Assembly (NCBI GenBank): GCA_965637545.1
Contig: OZ281497.1
Span: 22,382,001 to 22,446,000, forward strand
Direction of reading: 5' to 3'
DNA: 64,000 nt
From: Phallusia mammillata
Taxonomy: Eukaryota
The notes beneath the pieces are model-generated. The model had not been told where the DNA came from and searched no databases. It saw only the letters and a program-made list of their open reading frames with translations. Below, one piece after another: positions 23,403 to 35,945 of the stretch. The position numbers and the translations under genes were made by a program. Every line of letters begins with the position of its first letter. The stretch's first letter is position 1.

Positions 23403-25980
23403 AAACGTTAGATTTGTACCCACTGCGCAAATCCAGCTGCATTCTGCGTATTGGCTCGTAAACAGTGCTTTATATTAATCAATCTATAGAGAATTAGCAA
23501 AGAACTAAAAATTGCAATATATTACAAAGCATATTGAGTAGTGTGCAGGTATAAAAATGTCCCTAGTTGCTGTGTTCAAGCACAAACTTAAAAAGCTTGA
23601 TGAAAATCGAAATGACCTGAGAGCAAAAAACAAACAAACAGCGAAACCCTTTTATTCCATCGTTTTAATAACCACTTATTATTTTAATAACCACTGCTTT
23701 TGTATAGTTTTTTTTTGCTCTCTCGTTTCCACACTTTTTCTCACCATTGTTCCATATCGTTACTCTTTGACGTCCCTACTGGCAATCTGAGCCGTTTTCT
23801 TCAGTTGCTATTGTAATGATGATGACAGATGTGGCCTGTCATATGTGTATATATGTGCAAGTTTTTATCAGCTTTTTGGTAGTATTCTTATGTAGCCTAC
23901 TTGATCTTTGCGTCATGAATTCAAAGACTTAGTTTCGCTCATTTAACCATTCACAGAGTCAGTTTGTTAATAGCTTGTTTTTACCGCTATAGCACGCTTA
24001 AATAAACAACTGAGAATTAAAAAAGCATTTTGATTTTTGCCTGTTAAATCCATTCCGCAGCAAACAAAACCGTATTTGTGAGAAAAACTATTCTAAGTAA
24101 TCTAAAGGTCGTGTAATTCAATATGCAAACGTCAGTATATAACGTCGAGAATTGTATTCTCTCAGGAATGCAAAATCACTGTTCCAGTTATTGTACAGAT
24201 GAGTATGAAGTTTATTCTACAGTATTAACTTTCGCACCCTGTACGTATTGACAATAAGCAAGCTTCCTGTATATTGCCGGTGATAGTTAATTTGGGTGAT
24301 TTAGGGAATGTTTTAAGTAAGGTATTGCGTTTCGTGACATAAAGGCATTCTCTTGCGTAAAGTTATAGACGTCATGTATAAAGATTCCACAGAAATGTTA
24401 GTTTTTTTTAAATGTGATTAACAATGTATAGTAGTAAAGTGGTTTCCATGTCATTTCTGTTTTATGCGAACTTAAAAACATCGGGTGCAAAGCCTTTAAA
24501 TTAAAATTATTGATCAGATACGTAAATATATGTCCACTCCCAGCTAAATAAAATCATTAAGCTGGCCTCGCCTTGGCACAAGGGTAAACAAGTTAGTCGA
24601 ACGATCACACTAACTTATTTATAGCCACATTTGATATGCAAAACACACGCGACCACCTTTTGTCTCATGATCAGTGAAGCGTATGGTAGGTCTATGTTGT
24701 AGTAGGCTGTAAAAGTTACACCTGAAGTATTAATTTTTTTTCGAGATGGCGGTCTAAGCGACTGGCACGTCTTTTTTTGTCACAGATCGTTTTTTCTGTT
24801 TTCGTTAGGGTCGGCCGAAGTAGTTTTTAATCCGATATCATTAAAAAAAGTACCGCTGTCTGCCCGAGACCATGTGCTTTAGTGACTACATATGAAAATG
24901 TTTGCGTTAAAAAATTGCACCAACGTTTAAGAATGCAAGGTGTGTTGTTTGCAGCCAATATTAGGTGTTGCTCTGCGGGTCTGCATTAACGATTCCAAAG
25001 CCGTGTTTAATCTTCATTTGCAAACCACTGCAACAGCATAAACGTGATCCAAAAACATCTCAGCTTTAGCGGCAATTACTTTACAAAGCAAAATGGGCTT
25101 TAATTGAAACGTGGATCACTTTTATTTTATAGCACGGCGTAACAATCAGTTAATTTCTCGTTATTAAAAATGCTATTAAAGCAAACAGCAAAGGTCCCAA
25201 CCAGACAAGGAGTGTCAAATGACTTTTTACAAAATCATGTGGCAGAAACTGCAGACAGAGGCACGTTTTACTTCTGTACAAAATGCATCGATAGGCCTAT
25301 TTGCCCCGATACCGTCAAAGTATCGGACGAGCACAGATACCGTCATGGTATATCGATAAACAGTACAACCCTAGCCAACCCTAGTGTTGATCACACGTAC
25401 ATACATTAATTTAATTTCAGTTTAATTGTTGTTTGGGCCACAGTGCGTTTACTCGTTGTAGGGTGCAGACAATTTAGGTACAGTATTTGCAGAAGTTCAG
25501 CACTTGGTCGCAGCCAATGTTTCTCTATCGTGTTGCAGCTCCCTAACCATTAAGTAATTAAATATTTGTACCAAAACTGTTGGCAATTGTTGTGAGTTTA
25601 TAACTTTAAATTGTTGCAATGTCTCCGTCCCATTTTATCATCGAATTGCTTTGTTGCCTATAATATAATGTACTTGACGATCAAACCAAATCAAAAGGCG
25701 ACCTACCTTCCATTTGAGAAGCACTGGTCTAAATCAACATGGTAACGTGACATAATATTAACTGCGTTCAATGTCAAGCAAGCGTAACAGTGGAACCGGC
25801 AAAAATAGACGTTCGTTTAATTTTCAGAAAGCGTAAAATTAAGGAGTGTTTTCTGGCTTCCTCAATCAGCTACAATAGATTAATTGGATGTGTCTTTTTT
25901 CGTGTTATCGACAAGCGCAGATAGAATAAACTAATTATTCCACAGCGGAACAAACCTTTGAAAAGGTCAGGTCGTATAAA
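23226..25980 (+). repeat. Segmental duplication block X, copy (direct repeat of 27692-30435; partial copies 16179-16998 + and 17106-18369 -)
   Basis: Colinear near-identity from TTCTCTCCTATCGGTGATC to AAAAGGTCAGGTCGTATAA with a few ~100-bp indels. Confidence 0.9.
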
Positions 25981-26208
25981 ATTTGCCTTGTATTTTTAGA
26001 CCTTTAAGTAGTTTTCGAAATACCTTGGTCGTTTGTAATGTTCATATTTTGTCACCAATTGGTGTTCTTCCACTAGTTGATACAATAGAGCTTGTTTACA
26101 TGCCTGTCCCGTTGTTGCTTGTTATGACAGAAAACTTGTTATGACAGTTTTGATCGATTTTTAGACTGTAAGCAGATATACTATATCAGATTTTTTCCGC
26201 AACAAATT

Positions 26209-26426
26209 ATGGCATGGAAGACTCGAAACTAAACAAAAAAAGTAACAAGGTAAAGTTAAACCGTTTTGCTTTTAAAATTTCCCTGCTTAAAACCAGCAGA
26301 AGTGACACCTACAAACACTTTTGTTTTGCAATAAAACTCCTCTTATATCACTTTTTTCAGAACACAGACTTTTGTTAAACTCGATGATAAATGTGAGCAG
26401 TTTAATATCATTGCTTGGCTGCGCAG
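26209..26426 (+). pseudogene. 5' fragment (exons 1-2) of a K2-type BTB-Kelch gene
   Basis: MAWKTRN*TKKVTR|gtaaag and a 66-nt exon TQTFVKLDDKCEQFNIIAWLRR|gtacga, homologous to K2 exons 1-2 and the following intron. In-frame TAA at 26230-26232. Confidence 0.75.
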
Positions 26427-27691
26427 GTACGACTTGTTTCTTTGTTTTCTTTTACAATAACACATAGACATGGCATGGCTGTATTTTTTCATGTGGAAAA
26501 AATACGATTTTTTAAAAGATCGCTTAAATTTTGGACCAAACTTTTAGCCGGGTTATGTTTGGTCCGAATGTTGATTTGAAGGTTTAATAAAAAGGGTCTA
26601 ATCTGGAATTTAATCTGCGTCAGGGAGAAATGTTAAAATGTACTCAAAAGTCAGAAATTTAAGAAAAAATATAGATATACAATGAAATTAATGTACTAAC
26701 GGAGAAAGTTTCTAGTAGTTAGCTACAACCGCGTCTATACCATGAAACGTAAAGAGGTAAACTGGCTGGACTGCTCCACAGGGTGACTACTGCGGCGTAA
26801 AGCTGATAAAATAACTAAGTTTATTTAGTAATACAATGGATGTTTTACAGTTGTTGAATATTTGGAAACAAATTTTATAAGCCAGCTTATGAGCGAAGTC
26901 AGCGGAGATCTATTTGAGCATCTTACCGACGCTGGTCTTGAAAGAAATGACGAAAAAGTTAAACTGTCCAGGTTTAACGCTCCGTTCCAAGATTGTCCCA
27001 GACCAAAAATCAAAGAAGGTATCCAAAATTTCTGAAAAAGGGCATACTTGAACCGGCTTAAATATTTGCTTCAAGTTTACAATCTTACCTATTATGCTTT
27101 CAAATATTTTAATTATTAGCACAAATAGCAGTATCTCTCTATTTGGCAATTATAAAAATTCTTTGAAAAAAAATACTTTTAGTAACGCCAGTTAGGAACA
27201 AAATAATTTTTAAAACGTTTACAGCGGTGATTTTGAAAGTATTTCGACTACAATAAACTTGCCTTTGTTTAATAGTGATCCATTGGAATGACATGCGTCA
27301 TATGTCAGCATTCCATGGTAAGTAGATCTAAAGATTACACTATTGTTTTGGTTAAAGAACAGTGTGTAAAATAGTTTAAAAAATGAATTCCAAAAAATAA
27401 TTGTATTCCTCTCAAAACGATCACTGAACTTGACTACAGAGGCTGTTTCCTGGCTTACATCGTTGGATGTTCGCGGCGTGCAACAAACCAGGAAGAACGA
27501 TACATCAAACTTTAACTTTAAGAAAATTGGAGAGTCTTCATAGATGACAATCAAGGCACTTTCATCAATGGCTTCATAGACAAAATCAGTACCTATGATA
27601 TGGTAGCCACTATACCGACATATCCGAAATATCCTGGGCTCTTCAACACATTTTTCCGAATAGCACTGTTTGTAGTATCACAAGTATGTAA

Positions 27692-30435
27692 TTCTCTCCT
27701 ATCGGTGATCTAATGGTGTTCCATGTTGCCTTTGCACTTCGAAATGACTCGCAACTTTTGTCACAGGTTTGTTCTAATCATTTGCCTAGGTGTAAACGAA
27801 CAGGTGAAATGACACATAAATATACTTTAAAATACAGTAAACGCCCCAGAAAATTATTTTGGCCTTGAAAACGTTAGATTTGTACCCACTGCGCAAATCC
27901 AGCTGCATTCTGCGTGTTGGCTCATAAACAGTGCTTTAAATTAATCAATCTATAGGGAATTAGCAAAGAACTAAAAATTGCAATATATTACAAAGCATAT
28001 TGAGTAGTGTCGAGGTATAAAAATGTCCCTGGTTGCTGTGTTCAAGCACAAACTTAAAAGCTTGATGAAAACCGAAATGACCTGAGAGCAAAAAACAACA
28101 ACAGCGAAACCCTTTTATTCCATCGTTTTAATAACCACTTATTATTTTAATAACCACTGCTTCTGTATAGTTTTTTTTGCTCTCTCGTTTCCACACTTTT
28201 TCTCACCATTGTTCCATATCGTTACTCTTTGACGTCCCTACTGGCAATCTGAGCCGTTTTCTTCAGTTGCTATTGTAATGATGATGACAGATGTGGCCTG
28301 TCATATGTGTATATATGTGCAAGTTTTTATCAGCTTTTTGGTAGTATTCTTATGTAGCCTACTTGATCTTTGCGTCATGAATTCAAAGACTTAGTTTCGC
28401 TCATTTAACTATTAACAGAGTCAGTTTGTTAATAGCTTGTTTTTACCGCTATAGCACGCTTAAATAAACAACTGAGAATTAAAAAAGCATTTTGATTTTT
28501 GCCTGTTAAATCCATTCCGCAGCAAACAAAACCGTATTTGTGAGAAAAACTATTCTAAGTAATCTATAGGTCGTGTAATTCAATATGCAAACGTCAGTAT
28601 ATAACGTCGAGAATTGTATTCTCTCAGGAATGCAAAATCACTGTTCCAGTTGTTGTACAGATGAGTATGAAGTTTATTCTACAGTATTAACTTTCGCACC
28701 CTGTACGTATTGACAATAAACAAGCTTCCTGTATATTGCCGGTGATAGTTAATTTGGGTGATTTAGGGAATGTTTTAAGTAAGGTATTGCGTTTCGTGAC
28801 ATAAAGGCATTCTCTTGCATAAAGTTATAGACGTCATGCATAAAGATTCCACAGAAATGTTAGTTTTTTTAAATGTGATTAACAATGTATTGTAGTAAAG
28901 TGGTTTCCATGTCATTTCTGTTTTATGTGAACTTAAAAACATCGGGTGCAAAGCCTTTAAATTAAAATTATTGATCAGATACGTAAATATATGTCCACTT
29001 CCAGCTAAATAAAATCATTAAGCTGGCCTCGCCTTGGCACAAGGGTAAACAAGTTAGTCGAACGATCATACTAACTTATTTATAACCACATTTGATACGC
29101 AAAACACACGCGACCACCCTTTGTCTCATGATCAGTGAAGCGTATGGTAGGTCTATGTTGTAGTTTGCTGTAAAAGTTACAACTGAAGTATTAAATTTTT
29201 TTCGAGATGGCGGTCTAAGCGACTGGCACGTCTTTTTTTGTCACAGATCGTTTTTTCTGTTTTCGTTAGGGTCGGCCGAAGTAGTTTTTAATCCGATATC
29301 ATTACAAAAAGTACCGCTATCTGACCGATACCATGTGCTTTAGTGACTACATATAAAAATGTTTGCGTTAAAAAATTGGACCAACGTTTAAGAATGCAAG
29401 GTGTGTTGTTTGCAGCCAATTTTGAGTGCTGCTCTGCGGGTCTGCATTAACGATTCCATAGCCGTGTTTAATCTTCATTTGCAGACCACTGCAACGACAT
29501 AAACGTGATCCAAAAACATCTCAGTTTTCGCGGCAATTACTTTACAAAGCAAAATGGGCTTTATTTGAAACGTGGATCACTTTTATTTTACAGCACGGCG
29601 TAACAATCAGTTAAATTCTCGTTATTAAAAATGCTGATAAAGCGAACAGCAAAGGTCCCAACCCGATACCGCCAAAGTATGGGACGAGCACAGATACCGT
29701 CAGGGTATACCGATGAACAGTACAATCGGGCCAACCCTAGTGTTGATCACACGTACATATATTAATTTAATTTCAGTTTAATTGTTATTTGGGCCACCGT
29801 GCGTTTACCCGTTGTAGAGTGCAGACAATTTACGTACAGTATTTGCAGAAGTTTAGCAATTGGTCGCAGCCAGTGTATCTCTATCGTGTTGCGGCTCCCT
29901 AACTACTAAGTAATTAAATATTTGTACCAAAACTGTTGGCAATTGTTGTGAGTTTTATAACTTTAATTGTTGCAATATCTCAGTCCCATTTTATCTCGAA
30001 TTGCCTTGTTGCCTATAACATAATGTACTTTTTGACGATCAAACCAAATCAAAAGGAGACCTACCTAACATTTGAGAAACACTGGTCTAAATCAAGATGG
30101 TAACGTGACATATTATTAACTGCGTTCAATGTCGAGCAAGCGTTACAGAGGACCAGCAAAAATAGACGATCTTTTAATTTTCAGAAGGCGTAAAATTAAG
30201 GAGTGTTTTCTGACTTCCTCAATCAGCTACAATGGATTAGTTGGATGTGTCTTTTCGTGTTATTGACAAGCGCAACTAAGGTGCGTATTTTACTTTTCCA
30301 TACATGCTCTAAGCATTTCTAGTTTGCACTGTTGTTACGTACAATATTATCCGAGTTCTAAGTTAAAATTTGATCAGATAGAATAAACCATTTGTTTCAC
30401 AGCGGAAGAAACCTTTGAAAAGGTCAGGTCGTATA
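27692..30435 (+). repeat. Segmental duplication block X, copy ending at a 20-bp tandem duplication (30438-30476)
   Basis: Matches 23226-25980 and is followed by TTCGGCATGGTCTTATTGC x2. Confidence 0.9.
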
Positions 30436-30567
30436 ATTTCGGCATGGTCTTATTGCATTCGGCATGGTCTTATTGCTGTTATCACTAGGGTAAAATTGAG
30501 GGGTTTTTTGGTGTAAAAGGCACAACATTAAAATAATTTACAATACACTATAGTGTAATACCTATAG

Positions 30568-30879
30568 CAGGGGTTCCCAACCTGTGGTACGCGTACCACC
30601 TGTGGTACAATATGGTTTTTAAGGTGGTACGCAAGTAGCTTCTGTTTTTTTTTTACAAAAACCTGGATTCACAACTCGTTTACAAAAAAATCCCAAGCCT
30701 ATTCTTATTGTTACGTAATTGTTCCTGTTGTTTCGTCATGTCAACTGTCTTAGTAGGCCAATATTACTCTTCTGAATAAAATATGATTCCATCAAATTAG
30801 TTGTTCTGCAAAAAGTGGTACGCGTGGCAGTACAGAGCGTCCAAGTGGTACGGGATCGTAAAAAGATTGGGAACCCCTG
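30568..30879. mobile_element. hAT-type MITE
   Basis: TIRs CAGGGGTTCCCAA / TTGGGAACCCCTG, perfect 8-bp TSD ACCTATAG, internal GTGGTAC repeats. Confidence 0.92.
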
Positions 30880-31299
30880 ACCTATAGGTATTGACCCTGA
30901 AGTTCCACAATTATGTATTCTTTCATTTTTTACAACACTAAGCATACAAAACCATATTTCGTACTTTTAATATTTAAAATCAAACGATTTGAGAACTTAT
31001 GAATCCAAATTATAGCCTATAAGTACAATAAAATACTCAGTAATACTCTACGTTTGATTTTACAAACGATAAAACATGCGCATAAATATAAACTCATAAT
31101 CCAGTAATGGTACTGCAACACTAACAACGGTGCCACAAACCAACCACAAACAAAGAAAAAGTCTGCGTCTGCAGTTAGGTGTCAGGGAAAAGCATCATGT
31201 TGAAGGAAATCGGTCTTCAAAACATTGCCATGCGCAAGAAACTGGCTAAAAAACTCAAGCCCTTCGCCGGTTCGTTTTCGAATCCCACCGCAGGCTAGA

Positions 31300-34200
31300 T
31301 CGTTGCAGGCAATGCTTTGATGCCGGGAAATATTTGAGACCGGCTTGATACGATATTACAACTGTTCACATGTGAGCGTGCATTGTCGTTGATTTGCATG
31401 GACGCTTGCGCTTAAGCGGTCGGTCCAAGCAATTAATAAATGTTCATTTCAGCTCATTTAGTAAATGTTGGTGTTTATTTCTAAAACATATCTAATTTTA
31501 GGAACTCGTGAGCAAAAGTTTGGAAGCAGCAAATGCTTTGGTTTCATACACTCGCCGCTATGTCCCTGTTTACGGCTTGGTTGGTATATGTCTTATTTCT
31601 TGCTTCCACAATCTACAATTTCACACAAATCAGTCCTAACGTTCCACGCTAACAATCTTGTTTTAAGGCAAAAATTCAAAATCTATTGCTTTGGAACAGT
31701 AAGGTTCGTTTGACTTTCAGATTGGGATTTTAATTGTATATGGATGATGGGTTGTAAATCGAAGGACGTGTATTGTTGTCATGTCGATTTTATGAAATTT
31801 AATCGAAGAACCTATGTTTCGCTAGGAGAAAATATGTATTCCGACGTGGTCCGTATCTGAGGCAAGTTTCTTTTTTCTCTGTGTTTTTTTCTGGATACAA
31901 ATTTGAATCTGGTCCAGTCCAAACAACATTATGCAAAATTGATCAAAATGAAATAAAACATTTTTGTGCCCTCTACTCGTTTTTATTGGACAAAAACGTT
32001 TTAAAAAGTCGCTGTGATGCAGAGGAATATAATGTTGTGGTAACAACTGGCACCATCAATTATCATAGTACATTTATTGAAAGATACGTCAAATCAAAAG
32101 TCCCGACTGGCTTGTTAAAATGTGTCAATTGTATCAATGCACCTTACGTTTGCGTCCGTAGGTAGAGAAATATGATCAACAACCAAACGAGACAAAGAAT
32201 TTTAGCTTGGGAATTTCTGAGTGGAAAGTTTATCACATTGGTGGATATATTGGCAAAGAGATTGAAACAGTAGATGAAGTGTGGTCTTTTAACAAAAGCT
32301 GTGAGGAATGGAACGTTGAAAGACCGATGATCGAAAAACGTCAAAAAGCGGCTGTGGCTTGTGTTGATGGTGAGTTTAAATGTCATGTGTAAACACAAAA
32401 AATCGTATAAAAAGGCGGATGTGACACGCTGATTTTATGGTGCAGTCAACGGCTGATTTGAGTTTATTTTGTCGGGTTAAACAAATCGCAGCAGCACAAT
32501 TGTGCTAAAATATCCCCCTAACCGCAAACATCTGCGCAACGTTAAGACGTTATGAAGCGCGACTAAAGTAGAGGGCGTTTGACAAAAGTACATATTAAGT
32601 TACAGAAAAAGCTTACAAACTAAACAAACACTTTCTTTAAACAACTCATAATTGATGTGAAAAACGTTAATAAATTTTTAAAAAATATATAAAGCACCCT
32701 ATGGATTGACGCGTCATTGGCAGGGGTACTGGATAACATTTCACATAGGCCCAACTTGTTTGCATCCTAGTCGGTGTTCAGCTGCCTGCTGAAGGAACTG
32801 CAACGTATCATCTGCTCTTGCAACTACCAGCACACCAGCAAGCGACTTAGTTAATTCACACAAAACCTCGCGTGTAATATTGGAAAATGAGCTTGTCACA
32901 GGCAAGTGAAACTTCACTAAAATTTTAGGACAAACACCTAAAAACTACAACGGATACTTGCATGTATCATAAAATTTATAGATGCATACATTTTACACGG
33001 GTAACAATTTAATCCACTAAAGTGCTATATATGCATGGATTGCATGCAAACCTGAAACTAGTAGTAGCGATGGAGTTACGGTACATTAATCTACGTAAGG
33101 GATTGGAACTTCGGCTGTAATGCTTGCCTACATGACAGCTGCTTGTTTTACGACTTAAACTTGTCTAACTTCTCAACTAGATGTTCTGTACGTTGCTGGA
33201 GGAATTGGGTTCAACAAAAAGCGGTTAAAATGCATGGAGAAGTATGAGAACAACCGTTGGGAAAAACTTGCTTCAATGAGCTCCTTCCGAAAAAACTTCG
33301 TCCTTGTACCTTGCGAAGGTTTGAATTAAAATATACAAACTCAACCAGTTACAACCACTCCCATTCTTTTCCAAAACAGGTAGGCTATTATCTTTGCATT
33401 CGGTGGATAGGGAAACGCAATGCTTGGGTGGAATCCATAGAGGTTTACTCAATGAACTACAACTACTGGTCAACAGTATCTGAAAAATGCCCAAATCTAC
33501 CTAACATGGAAATGACAGTGGTCCAAGACGATAAGGTTTACATAGGTTAGTACAGTGTTTCTTAAACTATGTTCAACGGTACATTAGCACGCGGCGAGAG
33601 ATTTACGAGCATGCCACGAAAGATTTAAAAATTATACTGCAAACATTCTCTGGTGTTTTAGGACGTTTAACTGCAAGCGTGTACGACAACGTTATAAGCT
33701 CATCTATTTCTTATTTCTTATCAAAAGCAATTCCTTCCACCACATTATATAGTTGTAAATTAAATTTACTTTCACAACTTTCATGTACAGTTGGCCAGCA
33801 GTGTACCACAAAAAAATTAAGGTGATTAATGCGTGCAGAGGTAAAACGTTTGAGAACAACTATGGTACTTTATTAGTAACTTACAAAAAGATTCAAATTA
33901 AAACACGCTCAATACATCGCATTTTTACGTAACATTTTTGATTAAATTAGGATGAATTTCTTTTTAAAGGGCATGTTCTTATTTTCATCAAGAAATAAAT
34001 GTCCTCGAAGAACATAAAAAAATGCCGAAATGTCCTCCTTTAGCTCTATCCTGTTTTTGCTGATAACATATATGTGACAGTTGTGAAAACAGAAAAAAAT
34101 ACACCGAAAGCTTAAACTTTTTGGACATAAACATGAGTGTCAAACGAAACAACTTTGTGCCAAACAATCTAACACTAAGTTAAACGAAAAGAAAACATAA

Positions 34201-34552
34201 ATTTGTCGTCGAAATCATATTCTTTTGAGTCCAAAATGTATAAAAAAATTGTTTGTACCAATGCGTCATCCGGTTTGATGACAGAATATGTTAGGTCACC
34301 AAAACACACTAGCGTGGACTACGAAAAGCTTGATCTGCTAAAGGACTAAATGTTGGTTACACGTACAGTAAATAAACAAATGACCAACGCCATACAAGTG
34401 TCAACATTCAACTTGGCAACAAGTGGGAATCTGAAATCACACCAACAATGCTTTCGATCCAACGATGCGCTGCGTTTGTTCTTAGCAACGCGAATTTCAG
34501 CGTTTGCGTTTTGGATCAAAGATTTTCAGGTGTGTACGAAATTAAATTTTAA
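31300..34552 (+). pseudogene. K1: 3' half (BACK end + Kelch exons) of a K2-type BTB-Kelch pseudogene
   Basis: Exons paralogous to K2 (ELVSKSLEAANALVSY; VYHIGGYIG; DVLYVAGGIG; ...EVYSMNYNYWSTVSEKCP). Stops TGA 31858-31860 and TAG 33408-33410, plus frameshifts. Confidence 0.85.
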
Positions 34553-35945
34553 TATTGTTTGAGTATCTTCTCAAACAACAACCAAACACACTTTCCATAC
34601 ATCTAATCACAACTCTCCATAAAATACTTTTTAGTAATGTACCGAAACATCACAAAGTTTCTTTTACAAAGTAAATTGTCCCATTGACAAACGCGTCTAT
34701 TGTATGTGTTCTTTGACAGCGTGTTTTAGAAACACTTCTTCTGAAGATGAAGAGGACAGCGATTATGATTGCATAATATGGGAAGATTAAAAAATCGACT
34801 CTTTTAGCTTTAAAGCTTGCCGACCGCTGCACTTATGTTATATATCATGATGAATATCAGTTTAAATATTTGTTGTACAAACATTGTGAGGTGGTGCATT
34901 ACTAATACCTAATTTTGTCGTTTATAAACCACATTTACAATGCGGTCTTTAAACATTGAATATGGGGCCAAACGTTTTTATGTTTGGTAAACAAAAGTGT
35001 TCTAAATTTAGTGCATAAAATATGGTAACAGACGACTGCTTTTAACGAATGCAAGGCTGCTCCCGGAAATAAATTTAGTTTATTATGTCAATCGCCTCAG
35101 AGTATTCGGCAAAACTTTTGCCCTACTTTGGGACGTTTTGGATAAAGGACAAATTCATTAGCATCAAGGACAAATTCATTAGCTGCTCGCTTTGCGTTAA
35201 CTTATAATTTATCTTGCAGATTTTTGTAAAAAGTGAAAAGATGCAAAAAGCAAATGAAAGTATACGTGTATTTATTTGATTTCTTACGCCTATATGTATT
35301 CGTGTAAATGTATATTTGAAAGCACAAAATACAGTTTTCACCTGTCAAAATCTGTCGATGCACATGTTCCTAATAAACTATGAACAGTATGGACAGCGAC
35401 GTTTAGATTGTAAGTTGGCACAAAACAGGGGACCGAATCTGAAGTACAAAACCCAAATCGAATTTACACGAATAATGCCATTAACAAGAAATGTGGCCGG
35501 TTGTTATGCCTGCCCAAATCAAGGTCACTTCATTTAAACTTATGCCAACCCAGCCAGAGAATTTTGGCCTAACTTACAACTCTAGATTGAAAAGCGATTT
35601 ACGCCCGAGCACCGAACAAAACATTTCAATTGTTTTTCCAGCGGATTTTAACAAATATTGCTTAAAAATATTTGTACAAAATGCTAAAAAAAAATTTATT
35701 GCTATTTACATGCGTCTTCACAACTAAAAGCTTTAGAGACATAAAAAATGATACAGACTGCTTTTTAAAAAGGGGTTTGAATTTTAAAGGCAAAGAATAT
35801 CTAGTTAAAAATAAAAAATAAAAGTAACGTTGATACCAATAACGTGTTTACAAACAATAAGTGCTGTACATAGAAATTTGACTTGTTGTATGCGGTTGAT
35901 GATACTTATGTTTTTGTGAAACAAACCATATCCTAAAATAGATTT

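Noticed and set aside
31270-31300. B-box-like GGTTCG...TTCGAATCCC (also ~47125-47140, minus strand) as a tRNA gene
   Set aside because: No cloverleaf or A-box at the proper spacing. At most a SINE remnant or part of the decayed BACK exon boundary.
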